NCBI GenBank assembly: GCA_016931325.1
Contig: JAFGFC010000001.1
Coordinates: forward strand, 1,419 to 65,418
Source of the DNA: Spirochaetota bacterium
GTDB taxonomy: Bacteria; Spirochaetota; JAHITG01; JAFGFC01
Direction: 5' to 3'
DNA: 64,000 nt
The position numbers and the translations under genes were made by a program. Every line of letters starts with the position of its first letter. The stretch's first letter is position 1. Below are positions 38,245 through 50,925 of the stretch, piece after piece. Below the pieces are notes generated by a model. The model worked only from the letters and a program-made list of their open reading frames with translations, was not told where the DNA came from and searched no databases.

Positions 38245-38325
38245 ATGTCAAGCAGGGTAATTTTTTGTTGCCTTTAGGAAAAATTATTATAAATTTGACT
38301 AAAATTTATTGAGAAAGGACAGGTA

Positions 38326-39495
38326 ATGGGTTCAGATCTTAAAAAAGAGAGTTTAAAACTGCATAAAGAGCTGAAGGGGAAGCTGGAGATTGTCAGCAAG
38401 AGGAAGGTAACAAAAGAGAACCTTCCCCTTCTTTATACACCCGGAGTGGCGGCTTCCTGCATGGAAATCTATCATGACAGGGTCAAGGAATACGAGTATA
38501 CCGGTAAACAGAATACGATCGCGATCGTAACAGACGGCTCAGCCGTTCTGGGCCTTGGCAAGATCGGGCCGCAGGCCGCTATGCCTGTTATGGAAGGAAA
38601 AGCCATTCTTTTTAAGGAATTTGGCGGGGTGAATGCCATCCCCATCTGTCTTGATACTTATGATACGGAAGAGATCATACAGACAACAAAGCACATAGCC
38701 CCCAGTTTTGGGGGCATTAATCTGGAAGACATATCCTCTCCCCGATGTTTTGATATTGAAAAAAAACTGGATGAAGAGCTGGATATCCCTGTTTTTCACG
38801 ATGACCAGCATGGGACAGCTGTTGTGGTCTACGCGGGGGTGATTAATGCCTTGAAACTTGTCAATAAAACCAGTGACAGGATAAAGGTCGTTATCAATGG
38901 AGCCGGAGCCGCAGGAATTGCTATTGCCGAGTTCCTTTTAAAGAACAAATTTAATGATATTATTCTTTGTGACAGTAAGGGGATTGTTCATCACCGACGA
39001 AAAGAAGGGATGAACCAGGTCAAAGAAAAAATAGCCAGGATAACCAATCCAAGAGGCCAGACAGGGTCTCTGGCTGATGCCCTCGGGGGATGCGAACTTT
39101 TTATAGGTGTTTCGGTCAGGGATATACTGAGTGAAGAAATGATTTCCAGTATGGCAAAAGACCCTGTTCTTTTCACACTGGCCAACCCCGATCCGGAAAT
39201 AAGTCCTGAGAGAGCGAAAAAAGCAGGCGTGAAAGTCATCGCCACGGGGCGTTCAGATTATCCTAATCAGGTGAATAATCTTCTTGCTTTTCCCGGCATT
39301 TTCAAGGGAGCCTTGGGAGTCAGAGCCGGCAGGATCACTTTTGAAATGAAACGAGAAGCCAGCCTGGCCATCGCTTCTCTGGTGAAGAGGAATGATCTAA
39401 AGCCCGGGTATTTTATCCCCCATGCTACGGATAGAACGGTTGCGGAGGTTGTTTCTGATGCAGTACGGTTTGCCTATAAGAAATATGGCGCTTGA
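38326..39495 (+). CDS. NAD(P)-dependent malic enzyme (short form)
   Basis: YTPGVA near the N-terminus. Rossmann motif [11 protein letters not shown]. About 390 aa, typical of the small bacterial malic enzymes. Confidence 0.85.
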   Translation: MGSDLKKESLKLHKELKGKLEIVSKRKVTKENLPLLYTPGVAASCMEIYHDRVKEYEYTGKQNTIAIVTDGSAVLGLGKIGPQAAMPVMEGKAILFKEFGGVNAIPICLDTYDTEEIIQTTKHIAPSFGGINLEDISSPRCFDIEKKLDEELDIPVFHDDQHGTAVVVYAGVINALKLVNKTSDRIKVVINGAGAAGIAIAEFLLKNKFNDIILCDSKGIVHHRRKEGMNQVKEKIARITNPRGQTGSLADALGGCELFIGVSVRDILSEEMISSMAKDPVLFTLANPDPEISPERAKKAGVKVIATGRSDYPNQVNNLLAFPGIFKGALGVRAGRITFEMKREASLAIASLVKRNDLKPGYFIPHATDRTVAEVVSDAVRFAYKKYGA

Positions 39496-40459
39496 GATCA
39501 AAAAGATCGTGACCATGCCCATTAAAAATAATCCTGTTCTTATTATCGTGGTGGTTTTTTTTCTGCTTCTTTCCCTGGGTAACAGGATCTATAATAATTA
39601 TACCACTTCATTTCATATTCACGAAAGGATCAATAAGGTGTTTCCCGCCTGTTCCATAGAAGAAAAGGAAAGATGGCAGAAAAGGATCATTGAAAAAACA
39701 AAACATTTGGATGTGAAGGTATATATTCATGTGGTCAAGATGGGGGAAAATTACTGGCAGATCGCCCGGGAAAATGGCTTGGACATTGATACGATTGTGG
39801 GCCTGAACCCTTATTTAAAGAATCTGTATGCCTCAGCAGGGGAGAATCTCCTGGTAGCGAACAGAAAGGGTTGTCTTCATATTATACAGGGTCATGAAAC
39901 CCTTTATGATCTGGCTAATCTGTATGATGTCTCTGTTTCCGAGATCAGAAGAGCCAATCGATTAAATATATTTGTGGAATATATCTATGGACTGAACAAA
40001 AATGATGTGTTGTTCATTCCTGATGTGAAACCTGTTGTTTTAACCGAGGGGATGAATGAAATGTATGAACTGAGACGGGCTCTTCAATCCCCTCTGGGGG
40101 GAGCCTATACCTCCGGTTTTGGATTAAGAATAGATCCCATAACCAGACAATCAAGGCACCATAATGGGCTGGACATAAGGGTACGGATCGGGACAGCTGT
40201 AGGAGCCTCTGCTGACGGTGTGGTTGTGGCAGCCGGATGGGCCGGCGGATACGGGAAAATGATCAAGGTCAGCCATTATAATGGTTATACCACGCTTTAT
40301 GGTCATCTGTCACGGATCTATGTCCGGACGGGTCAGAAGGTGAAGCAGGGACAGATTATTGGCAGTTCAGGGAATACCGGTCGCACAACCGGTCCTCATC
40401 TGCATTTTACGGTCTGGTATAAGGGGAAATTGGTGAATCCCGCCAAGTTTCTCTGGTAA
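39485..40459 (+). CDS. LysM + M23 family metallopeptidase (peptidoglycan DD-endopeptidase-like)
   Basis: TM anchor. LysM-like YIHVVKMGENYWQIAREN. M23 motifs HNGLDIRVRIGTAV and PHLHFTVW. Confidence 0.8.
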   Translation: MALEIKKIVTMPIKNNPVLIIVVVFFLLLSLGNRIYNNYTTSFHIHERINKVFPACSIEEKERWQKRIIEKTKHLDVKVYIHVVKMGENYWQIARENGLDIDTIVGLNPYLKNLYASAGENLLVANRKGCLHIIQGHETLYDLANLYDVSVSEIRRANRLNIFVEYIYGLNKNDVLFIPDVKPVVLTEGMNEMYELRRALQSPLGGAYTSGFGLRIDPITRQSRHHNGLDIRVRIGTAVGASADGVVVAAGWAGGYGKMIKVSHYNGYTTLYGHLSRIYVRTGQKVKQGQIIGSSGNTGRTTGPHLHFTVWYKGKLVNPAKFLW

Positions 40460-40488
40460 GATATTAACTTAAATGTTGGTCGAATTGT

Positions 40489-42480
<1,992 letters not shown>

Positions 42481-42511
42481 TCAGAACAGTGAAAAAATCA
42501 AGTAGTTTCCT

Positions 42512-43213
42512 TTATTTTTTCTTTTTCCCTGACCAGCTGCCGCCGAAAAAAGGATTATCTTTCAAACCCTTGCTCAATTCCTTCATGTTCTTAGCGCTGT
42601 CTTTCAGAGCTGACATGGTCTCCTGTATGGTCCCTCTGTTTTCCGCCAGCGACGCTGACAGTTGTTGAAAATTATTCAAGGTCTTCATAAAGGAACCGTT
42701 GGGGTCACTCAGCTGGGCGGTTAAAAGCTGCACGTTTTTAATGATAAGGTCAGTTGGGCTGTCCGGAGCATGGGCTAATTGTATGGCAAGAAACTCTCTC
42801 CCTTTTTCCGAGTCTGCCGAGTACAAAAAATCACCATCAGCGGCCATGGAAGAGTTAGTCATGCCTGTCGAGAGTTCAATAAATTTCTCTCCTATGAGGG
42901 GAGCATTCAGCATAACAACTGAATCTTTCCTTATTTTTTGAGAATATTTCTTAAGAACGTAAAATCTTAAAATGATCTGATCGTTTTCATCAAGGTATAT
43001 TTTTTTTACCAGACCGATCTTAAGGCCTTTGTACTTGACCGGCATCCCTTCTGAAAGGCTGGCGGCTGAATTAAATCCTGTTTTATAATAAAATTTTTTA
43101 GTTAAAAGATGCTGACCTCGCGCGATAAAGATGACAGCGGAGATGATAATAATAAGGCTTATAACGATGAAACTCCCGATTAATTTTTCTGTCTGTTTAA
43201 ATTTATAGGCCAT
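42512..43213 (-). CDS. mlaD: MlaD (MCE-domain) protein
   Basis: N-terminal TM followed by an MCE domain. It is the last gene of an mlaE-mlaF-mlaD operon. Confidence 0.7.
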   Translation of the reverse strand: MAYKFKQTEKLIGSFIVISLIIIISAVIFIARGQHLLTKKFYYKTGFNSAASLSEGMPVKYKGLKIGLVKKIYLDENDQIILRFYVLKKYSQKIRKDSVVMLNAPLIGEKFIELSTGMTNSSMAADGDFLYSADSEKGREFLAIQLAHAPDSPTDLIIKNVQLLTAQLSDPNGSFMKTLNNFQQLSASLAENRGTIQETMSALKDSAKNMKELSKGLKDNPFFGGSWSGKKKK

Positions 43214-43256
43214 TGTATTCCTCCTCGGTTGCCCTGAAACAGGGCAACTCTGAAAA

Positions 43257-43985
43257 TTATCGTTTCTGGTCTATGGTTTCCGGACTCCTGTCTATTTTCA
43301 AGTTTTTGATATTGGCGATGGTTCGATCTTTAATTTCAATGATCCGATCGGCAAAGCCAAGGAATTTGTCGATCTCATGAGTGATAACAACGGACGTGAC
43401 CCCTTTGTTATAGGCTTCAGTCATTAATTTTACTATAATATTTCGTGAATTATCGTCCAGGTTGGCGATAGGTTCGTCATAAAATATTGTCTCAGGTTGA
43501 GTTATTAAAGCCCGGGCCAGGGCTACCATTTTTCGCTGACCCATGCTGAGAAAGGCCGGGAGATGGAATCTGTGATTTTCCATATTAATGATAGTGATCA
43601 TTTTATTCACTTCTTCCGTGATCTTTTCTTCAGGCATGATCTCATGGTACCTCAGCGGGAGAGCCAGGTTATTAAAAACATTCATATTGCTGATCAAGGC
43701 CGAATCCTGAAAAACAAAGCCTGTGCGTTGATGTATCTCCATCAACTCTTTTTTAAAGATACCTTTCAGATTGACGCCATCATAAAAAACGTTCCCCTCC
43801 TCCGGTAAAATCAGGCCGGAAATGATCTTTAAAAAAGTACTTTTCCCTTCCCCTCTCGGGCCCACAATGATAATAAATTCACCTTTGTAAATTTCAAGAG
43901 AGACATCGCTCAGGATATAGCTGCTGCCGGGAGTATAATTAAAATTCAAATTCTCAACTTTTAATACAATGTTCTGTTTCTTCAT
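43257..43985 (-). CDS. mlaF: ABC transporter ATP-binding protein MlaF
   Basis: Walker A GPRGEGKSTFL. ABC signature LSMGQRKMVALARAL. Walker B IFYDEP. Confidence 0.8.
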   Translation of the reverse strand: MKKQNIVLKVENLNFNYTPGSSYILSDVSLEIYKGEFIIIVGPRGEGKSTFLKIISGLILPEEGNVFYDGVNLKGIFKKELMEIHQRTGFVFQDSALISNMNVFNNLALPLRYHEIMPEEKITEEVNKMITIINMENHRFHLPAFLSMGQRKMVALARALITQPETIFYDEPIANLDDNSRNIIVKLMTEAYNKGVTSVVITHEIDKFLGFADRIIEIKDRTIANIKNLKIDRSPETIDQKR

Positions 43986-43987
43986 AT

Positions 43988-44779
43988 TTAAATATAAAAG
44001 AGGATGGTGATGATCCCGTTAAAGGTGAAAACATAGATCAATGAATTGACTACAGCCCTGGTCGTGGCCATCGGCACTTCTGTGGATGAAAGTCTTATTT
44101 TGAAACCATGATACACGGAGATGGTGGCAATGATAGCCCCGAACACGGATGATTTTAGAATAGAGACGATTAGATCGGTCATTGTCATGGCGGAGAACAG
44201 AAAAGCAAAAAAGCGATGCAAAGGGATGTTCAACTGGAAACTGGCAACGAAAAATCCCCCGATGATTCCCACCGTGGCAAAATAGATCGTCAGACAGATG
44301 GTGGAGATGATGGACCCTATAAGTCTGGGGAACATGATATACTTTAATGTATCGATGCCCATGGCTTCCAGCGCTTCCACCTCATGAGAAACCATCATAT
44401 TCCCGATCTCTGTGGCAATGGCCGTACCGGAACGGCCGGTAATGATGATAGCGGTCAGTATAGGTCCCAGTTCCCGGACCATGGTAATGATCAGGATCTG
44501 ACCGATGAGATTCTCGGCGCCTATCTGTATCAGCTGAGTTACGGATTGTACAATAATGACAATTCCCAGAAGCAGAGAAATAATACTGATAATAGGAAGA
44601 GCGTTATATCCTGTAAACAGTATCTGGTTCTTTATTATCTGTCTGATGATCTTTCTGCCCTTCCGGCTTCCGGCAAGGGTTTCCCAGATCGCATAGACAA
44701 ACAGACCACAGACCCCTCCAAAATAATCCAGTTTTTTTAAGAATGATTTGCCGATTTTTGAAAGAAATTCTGTACTCAT
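43988..44779 (-). CDS. mlaE: ABC transporter permease MlaE
   Basis: MlaE/YrbE family. About 260 aa with 5-6 TM helices. Adjacent to mlaF and mlaD. Confidence 0.75.
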   Translation of the reverse strand: MSTEFLSKIGKSFLKKLDYFGGVCGLFVYAIWETLAGSRKGRKIIRQIIKNQILFTGYNALPIISIISLLLGIVIIVQSVTQLIQIGAENLIGQILIITMVRELGPILTAIIITGRSGTAIATEIGNMMVSHEVEALEAMGIDTLKYIMFPRLIGSIISTICLTIYFATVGIIGGFFVASFQLNIPLHRFFAFLFSAMTMTDLIVSILKSSVFGAIIATISVYHGFKIRLSSTEVPMATTRAVVNSLIYVFTFNGIITILFYI

Positions 44780-44822
44780 TTTTAAAAATTAGTCAATTTT
44801 TGGCGGTAAGTCAACCCTGGCG

Positions 44823-46568
44823 CTATTTTTTTCTCTGTATGGACCTTTTTTTAATGTCAATCATCTGGGAAGTATTTCCTATAATAACATAGGGTAAGGT
44901 TAAATCTTCTTTCAGCAAAGTGAAAACCGGCATGGCCCCGGATTCAAGAGAGTTCTTCAGCATGGAGAAATAAGAGTCGGGTATGCGTTCCAGCTTTTCG
45001 CCATTAACCATCAATCCCTTGTCTTTTGACATACTCCATATAGCCAACTCTGTTGTCTTTGAAAGGGTATTGATGATTTCCAGAAAATGGGCAAAACTAT
45101 AAGGCATATATTTCGAAGGTGAGAGCAGAAAGTCTACATATTGCGCTTCCCGGCCGGAAGAAACGATAAGGGGGAATTTACCTTCGGGGGTATTATAGGG
45201 GATCTTGAATTCTATATCCTTTGATCGGGTATTCCCCTGATACTCTTTCAATACGATCCTGGCTTTGACCGTTTCCCCCGGATAATACTCTCTCTGATCA
45301 CATATCATTTTTTGTATTTCCAGCATTTTTATCCGCGTGTTGATCTTTAGCTCACCTTTAATGGAGGTTATGGAAACCTTTTCGAATTTATTCATTAAAA
45401 TTTCGGAAATGGGTTTTAAAAATAATAACATTCCTGTTTGGAGGCTATCCAGAAGATTGATTCCGGGAATCGTGTCTTTCAGTACCATGGAACTCTTGTT
45501 GTCGAATTGGACTGTAAATTCAAAATCCAATGTGTTATTTTCCCACCATCCGCCCGCCTTTTCGATGGAGCGATAAAGACACAGGCTTAACAGGCTGGGG
45601 AGCATATGGTAGGTTTTAATGAGCCCAAAGTTATATTGTTTCAAGACACCCTGGTAATTGACATCAAGTTGAAAGGGGATGAGTCCGGCTTTTTGGTCCA
45701 TGACTCCTGCCAGTCCTCCCAGCTGATCCTGAAATATCTTTCCCACGGTCTTTGTGGCAGAACCGATCTTGAAAGACTGATAGAGACTGGGTAGAACCGT
45801 GTGGATATACGCATGAGACATGGGCAGATCGGTTGATCCGGAAAAAAACATGGGGTGACCGAAGATCAGTATTTTATTCTGTTTAACATACGTAACCGTT
45901 CCGATAGCGCTCAAATTAAGATCACCGGTAATGAGATTGACGGCCACAGCTGATCCGGGTTCAAATTTATCAGGGACCTGGATATCCTTTCCTGCCTCAC
46001 CTCCTGCCATGGGGAAAAAGCCCATATTCTTAAACTGTTCTTTAAATATATCAAAACCGGCTTCCGTAATGCCCTGAAAGGCCAGAGGGATCTTCAAGAC
46101 CTGCAGATTGTCTTTATTGTCTTTGACATAATATTCCTTGAAAGGATGATGGATATTATAAAAGTTGGTATTATATTTTCTTTCGATTATTTCAAGCATA
46201 TCTTCAATAGGGGTAATAGCGGCGATCGGCTCTTTTGAGAATGACCAGGAAAAGGCCAGAGCCCCGATGATCTTATCCTGGATATAGACAGGGCTTCCGC
46301 TCATTCCCGCGATGATCCCTGCTTTATCCACTGTTTTTCCACTGAGCCTGGCCAGGATCAGATCCCCTTCAGGTCTGATATTTTTAAGAACAGAAATGAT
46401 CTCTACATCAAATTTTTCTATGGCTGTCCCCTGAAATACTGTTTTACCATAACCGGTCATACCCGGCTTTATCTGGCTGACAGGAAGAATATCATCCTGG
46501 GCGAGTATCAGAGAGGACCATATAAAAACAATCAGGATAAAAAGGATTTTTTTAAAAAGTTTTTTCAT
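44823..46568 (-). CDS. secreted SpoIVB-like peptidase S55 family protein
   Basis: Signal peptide. The N-terminal region contains GMSGSPVY, which resembles the S55 (SpoIVB) active-site serine motif. The large C-terminal region is uncharacterised. Confidence 0.45.
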   Translation of the reverse strand: MKKLFKKILFILIVFIWSSLILAQDDILPVSQIKPGMTGYGKTVFQGTAIEKFDVEIISVLKNIRPEGDLILARLSGKTVDKAGIIAGMSGSPVYIQDKIIGALAFSWSFSKEPIAAITPIEDMLEIIERKYNTNFYNIHHPFKEYYVKDNKDNLQVLKIPLAFQGITEAGFDIFKEQFKNMGFFPMAGGEAGKDIQVPDKFEPGSAVAVNLITGDLNLSAIGTVTYVKQNKILIFGHPMFFSGSTDLPMSHAYIHTVLPSLYQSFKIGSATKTVGKIFQDQLGGLAGVMDQKAGLIPFQLDVNYQGVLKQYNFGLIKTYHMLPSLLSLCLYRSIEKAGGWWENNTLDFEFTVQFDNKSSMVLKDTIPGINLLDSLQTGMLLFLKPISEILMNKFEKVSITSIKGELKINTRIKMLEIQKMICDQREYYPGETVKARIVLKEYQGNTRSKDIEFKIPYNTPEGKFPLIVSSGREAQYVDFLLSPSKYMPYSFAHFLEIINTLSKTTELAIWSMSKDKGLMVNGEKLERIPDSYFSMLKNSLESGAMPVFTLLKEDLTLPYVIIGNTSQMIDIKKRSIQRKK

Positions 46569-46581
46569 ATGTGAGAGTTCT

Positions 46582-47166
46582 TTACAGATAGCTTAACACT
46601 TCCCTCCAGCCCTTTATGCGGATCAAGAGATTTTTACTGGGTTTGGATGATCTCAATTGATTCCAGGGATAATCGAACAGAAGGACTTTAATTTTTTCTT
46701 TGATGAATTCCATAGCAAAATCGATCCTGTCCTCAATAACGCACTTGAGTAAAAGACCCTTGGAAAAAACCAGATTCAGCTTGCTTTTTCCTTCATATTC
46801 CTGCACAAAATATATTTTATCATAGGGGATCTTGTTCTTTGCCAGCCAGTGCAGGGTCTGTTCTTTGGCCTTTTTGGGCCGTGCTGTGATCAAAATGATC
46901 TGATATTTCTCTTTTAAATAATCCAGAGATGTCCTGGCGCCTGAAAGGACAGGTATCTCCAGCCATTTATTTTTTTCATCAAAATAATCCCAGAATTCTG
47001 TCATTTTTTTCTTCGGGATTCCTAACACTTTTTCGTAAAAGGAGTGGATCACATCCTGCTGTTTCAGGTTAAAACCAAAAAATTTATTGATATACTTCCG
47101 AAAGGTTTTGTCCGAGTCACCGATAACACCGTCGATGTCAATACCAATAGAGGGTTTATAGACACT
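46582..47166 (-). CDS. HAD-superfamily 5'(3')-deoxyribonucleotidase-like hydrolase
   Basis: HAD motif [10 protein letters not shown] (DxDGV). About 195 aa. The likely start is MSVYKP (47166). The ORF-track start at 47208 would overlap glyA by about 50 nt. Confidence 0.45.
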   Translation of the reverse strand, partial: SVYKPSIGIDIDGVIGDSDKTFRKYINKFFGFNLKQQDVIHSFYEKVLGIPKKKMTEFWDYFDEKNKWLEIPVLSGARTSLDYLKEKYQIILITARPKKAKEQTLHWLAKNKIPYDKIYFVQEYEGKSKLNLVFSKGLLLKCVIEDRIDFAMEFIKEKIKVLLFDYPWNQLRSSKPSKNLLIRIKGWREVLSYL

Positions 47167-48418
47167 CATACTCCTTTCTCCGTTTGGCATACAAGGGGAA
47201 AGCATCACACATCTCTTTAACTTGTTTATTGATCCTGGCCAGGATTTTATCGTCTGTTGAGTTTTCTATGGCGTTGTTCATGAAATCGGCGATCATCTCC
47301 ATTTCCTTCTCTTTCATACCTCTGGTCGTGACAGAAGGGGTGCCTATTCTTATCCCGCTGGTGATAGCCGGCGGTTGCTCGTCATAGGGGATCATGTTTT
47401 TATTAGTAATAATACCGCCTTTTTCTAAAGCGATCTCTGCTTCTTTTCCCGTAATTTTTCTGTTACGCAGATCTATCATCATAAGATGATTGTCCGTTCC
47501 CCCTGAAACAAGCCTGAAGCCTCTGGCTTTTAGACTCTGGGCCAGTTTCATGGCATTCTTTCTGATCTGTTTCTGATAGGATTTGAATTCCTGAGTCAAG
47601 GCCTCCCGGAAGGATACGGCTTTCGCTGCTATGATATGCATTAAAGGTCCGCCTTGAATGCCGGGGAAGATATTCTTATTAATACCTTTTTCATATTCTG
47701 ATCGGCAAAGGATCAGCCCGCCTCTTGGCCCCCGTAATGTCTTGTGAGTGGTTGAAGTAACGAACTGGGCATGAGGAACGGGAGAAGGGTGCTCCCCGGC
47801 GGCCACAAGTCCGGCGATATGGGCCATGTCCACAACCAGCAGAGCGCCGGCCTTATCAGCAATAGACTTGAATTTTTTAAAGTCAATGATCCTTGGATAA
47901 GCGCTGGCCCCGGCTATGATCAGTTTAGGCTTATGCTGCAGGGCCAGTTTTTCCAGTTCATCGTAATCGATTGTTTCTGTTTCACGATTAACTCCGTAAA
48001 AGACAATGTTATAGAGCCTGCCGGAAAAATTGACCGGACTTCCGTGAGTCAGATGGCCTCCATGGGCCAGATTCATGCCCAGAAATGTATCTCCCGGCTC
48101 GGCCGCGGTAAAATAAACTCCCATATTGGCCTGAGAGCCGCTGTGGGGCTGGACATTGGCTGACTCAGCCTGAAAAAGTTTTTTAGCCCTCTGGATGGCC
48201 AGATTTTCGACAACATCCATATATTCGCAGCCGCCATAGTATCGTTTGCCTGGATATCCTTCAGCGTATTTATTGGTCATGATACTGCCCTGAGCCTGTA
48301 AAACCGCTTCGGTAACAAAATTTTCTGAAGCGATAAGCTGGATCTTGGAATGCTGTTTCACTGTTTCATGATAGATGGCTTTGGCAACATCAGGATCGGT
48401 TTTAAAGAGTTCTTTCAT
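47156..48418 (-). CDS. glyA: serine hydroxymethyltransferase
   Basis: Highly conserved SHMT sequence ([26 protein letters not shown] with the PLP-binding Lys). Confidence 0.95.
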   Translation of the reverse strand: MKELFKTDPDVAKAIYHETVKQHSKIQLIASENFVTEAVLQAQGSIMTNKYAEGYPGKRYYGGCEYMDVVENLAIQRAKKLFQAESANVQPHSGSQANMGVYFTAAEPGDTFLGMNLAHGGHLTHGSPVNFSGRLYNIVFYGVNRETETIDYDELEKLALQHKPKLIIAGASAYPRIIDFKKFKSIADKAGALLVVDMAHIAGLVAAGEHPSPVPHAQFVTSTTHKTLRGPRGGLILCRSEYEKGINKNIFPGIQGGPLMHIIAAKAVSFREALTQEFKSYQKQIRKNAMKLAQSLKARGFRLVSGGTDNHLMMIDLRNRKITGKEAEIALEKGGIITNKNMIPYDEQPPAITSGIRIGTPSVTTRGMKEKEMEMIADFMNNAIENSTDDKILARINKQVKEMCDAFPLYAKRRKEYECL

Positions 48419-48881
48419 GGCTTGTCCTTTGTACCGATGATAATTTATTTATAAAAAGATCGATGTACTCTTTTATCTGCTCAAAGGTTTTCATGTAATT
48501 TTCCATATCATGAGGAAAAGGGTCTGTCACATCATCATTTTTATCGATCATATGGGATAAAAGAGATATCTTTTTTGAACAGGATACAAATTGATTTTTC
48601 AAGAGTTGAGATTGATACTCTTCCATTGTCAGGATATAATGATTATTTCTCATATCTTCCTGTTTGATTGATCTGGACTTGAAAAATTGATTAAAAGGAA
48701 TATGAAAATGACACAGCACTTTTTTTGCGTTATCCGATAGCGGGGAACCATCATAGGCCAGGATCCCTGCTGATGATGCGTAGTGAAGAGAATCCTGCCC
48801 CACTTTATAATTAAAGTACATTTCTGCCATAGGGCTGCGGCAGGTGTTCCCTGTGCATACAAACAAAAACTTCATGGCCAT
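48402..48881 (-). CDS. low-molecular-weight protein-tyrosine phosphatase / arsenate-reductase-like
   Basis: P-loop [12 protein letters not shown] (CX5R) near the N-terminus. 159 aa. Confidence 0.8.
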   Translation of the reverse strand: MAMKFLFVCTGNTCRSPMAEMYFNYKVGQDSLHYASSAGILAYDGSPLSDNAKKVLCHFHIPFNQFFKSRSIKQEDMRNNHYILTMEEYQSQLLKNQFVSCSKKISLLSHMIDKNDDVTDPFPHDMENYMKTFEQIKEYIDLFINKLSSVQRTSHERTL

Positions 48882-49020
48882 TAAATTATACCAATATAAT
48901 TAAATGTCAATGAAAATTTTGGACGGTATTTCTCATTATTTCAGTTAAATATTAAAATTTTGTTGCCTATTTATTATAAAATGATTATAATTGGTAGCAA
49001 AGTTAATATAAGGAGGACAA

Positions 49021-49198
49021 CATGAAAACCGTCAATCAGATCAAGGAAATACTCTCTACATTAGAAGGGGATGTGGAAAAATTAGAAGTCAAAAAAGTAA
49101 AAGCCGCCGCTTCCAGAGTCAGGAAAGGACTCATGCAGATATCCAGGCTTTGTAAAGAAGGAAGAAAAGAAGCCATGGATATTAAAGCCAGTATTTAG
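49021..49198 (+). CDS. small basic histone-H1-like DNA-binding protein (Bacteroidetes-type), not in ORF track
   Basis: 58 aa: MKTVNQIKEILSTLEGDVEKLEVKKVKAAASRVRKGLMQISRLCKEGRKEAMDIKASI. A strong AAGGAGG RBS lies 6 nt upstream. The KAAxxRxRKxxxxIxRLxKExRK pattern matches the ~60-aa histone-H1-like family of the FCB group. A terminator follows. Confidence 0.45.
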
Positions 49199-49223
49199 TA
49201 TATCAATTCTTAAAATATAAAAA

Positions 49224-49253
49224 GGGGGATAAATCCTTATCCCCCTTTGTTTT
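49224..49253 (+). terminator. rho-independent terminator
   Basis: GGGGGATAA-atcc-TTATCCCCC (9 bp stem), followed by TTTGTTTTCTT. Confidence 0.8.
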
Positions 49254-49306
49254 CTTCAAGAACTTGTCTGTTTGTCAATTAAAATAAAATTTTTGGAGGA
49301 TCTGTT

Positions 49307-50293
49307 TTGAAAGCCATTATCCCCGTTGCAGGAGTGGGAACAAGATTAAGACCCCATACTCATACAACTCCCAAAGTATTGATCAAAGTCGCCGGAAAGA
49401 CCATTATAGAATACATTATTGATGAGATCATACAGTATCGTATCATTGACGAGATCATCTTTATTGTGGGGTATCTGGGTGATCAGATAAAAGAATTTAT
49501 CGAGAGAAAATATCAAAAAAAGATTGCTTTGAGTTTTATCACCCAGGAACAACGCAAAGGCCTGGGCCATGCTATCTTTCTGGCCAGGACCATTTCCCAG
49601 GGGCATCCTGTGCTTATCATTCTGGGCGATACGATCTTTAAAACCAATTTTAAAAAAATTATCAATTCAGAAAAAAATTTTATCGGGGTCAAGGAAGTGG
49701 AAGATCCCAGCCGTTTCGGGGTTGTTTTTTTAAATCAGGAGAAGAAAATTGAAAAATTTATTGAAAAACCTTCGTCATCCAAATCAAAACTGGCTATTGT
49801 GGGTATCTATCTGATCCAGGATTCCAAACTGTTGTTTGAAAAAATCGATAAGATTATCAAGCAGGGTATTAAAACAAAGGGGGAATATCAATTGACCGAT
49901 GCCCTGGAACTATTATTAAAAGAAAAAATAGAAATGGAGATATTTGAAATAGAGAAATGGCTGGATTGCGGGAAACCGGAAACACTTCTGGCCACCAACA
50001 GGGTCCTTTTAGAGCAGCACGGTAATAACAGGAAAATCAAGAACGGGATCATCATCCCTCCTGTTTATATCTCAAAAAATGCACAGGTTGAAGAGTCGAT
50101 TATCGGTCCTTACGTGTCCATAGGAGATAATGTTATCGTAAAACATTCTCTGATCAGCGACAGTATCATCAATGATTCCGCTATGATAGAAAAGCTGATG
50201 CTCTCCGGGTCTCTTATCGGCAGAGAAGCCGTGTTAAAAGGAATATGCCGGCATCTTAATATTGGAGATTCTTCAGAGGTACGTTTCGGATAA
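49307..50293 (+). CDS. sugar-phosphate nucleotidyltransferase (NTP_transferase + C-terminal left-handed beta-helix)
   Basis: [16 protein letters not shown] (G-x-G-T-R nucleotide-binding loop). The C-terminus has hexapeptide repeats. It uses a TTG start 7 nt after GGAGGA. Confidence 0.7.
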   Translation: MKAIIPVAGVGTRLRPHTHTTPKVLIKVAGKTIIEYIIDEIIQYRIIDEIIFIVGYLGDQIKEFIERKYQKKIALSFITQEQRKGLGHAIFLARTISQGHPVLIILGDTIFKTNFKKIINSEKNFIGVKEVEDPSRFGVVFLNQEKKIEKFIEKPSSSKSKLAIVGIYLIQDSKLLFEKIDKIIKQGIKTKGEYQLTDALELLLKEKIEMEIFEIEKWLDCGKPETLLATNRVLLEQHGNNRKIKNGIIIPPVYISKNAQVEESIIGPYVSIGDNVIVKHSLISDSIINDSAMIEKLMLSGSLIGREAVLKGICRHLNIGDSSEVRFG

Positions 50294-50925
50294 TGTTAGC
50301 CTTATTTTCAGATTTTAAAGCGGTTTTTGATCGGGACCCGGCAGCCAGAGGGTTAGGCGGTTTTTTCGAGGTCCTTTTTACATACTCGGGTTTTCATGCT
50401 ATTGTCCTTCACCGGATCACTCGTCTATTCTGGCGATTGAAAATACCCGTGATCCCTCGTATCCTGTCCCAGCTGAATCGATTCATGACAGGGATAGAAA
50501 TACATCCGGGAGCCAGGATAGGCAGGGGATTTTTTATTGACCATGGCATGGGGGTGATCATAGGCGAAACAACTGAAATTGGAGACAACGTGACCCTTTT
50601 TCAGGGTGTTACACTGGGAGGGACAGGTAAAGAAGCCGGCAAGCGCCATCCTACTATCGGTCATAATGTGGTAATCGGAGCCGGGGCCAAGGTTTTAGGA
50701 AATATCCATATTGGCCATAATGTCAAGATAGGGGCCAATTCTGTTGTTTTAAAGAATGTCCCTGATGATTCTACCGTGGTGGGTATTCCGGGAAGGGTCG
50801 TCAGGCAGAAAGGTAAAACACTGGACAATTTAAACCACAGCGATATCCCTGATCCCATTCTGCAGAGGCTCCAGCATTTACAGACCGAGATAAATCTTAT
50901 AAAGAAAAAGTTCAAGATCAGATGA
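50293..50925 (+). CDS. cysE: serine O-acetyltransferase
   Basis: Hexapeptide acyltransferase with the CysE-specific [44 protein letters not shown]. Confidence 0.85.
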   Translation: MLALFSDFKAVFDRDPAARGLGGFFEVLFTYSGFHAIVLHRITRLFWRLKIPVIPRILSQLNRFMTGIEIHPGARIGRGFFIDHGMGVIIGETTEIGDNVTLFQGVTLGGTGKEAGKRHPTIGHNVVIGAGAKVLGNIHIGHNVKIGANSVVLKNVPDDSTVVGIPGRVVRQKGKTLDNLNHSDIPDPILQRLQHLQTEINLIKKKFKIR

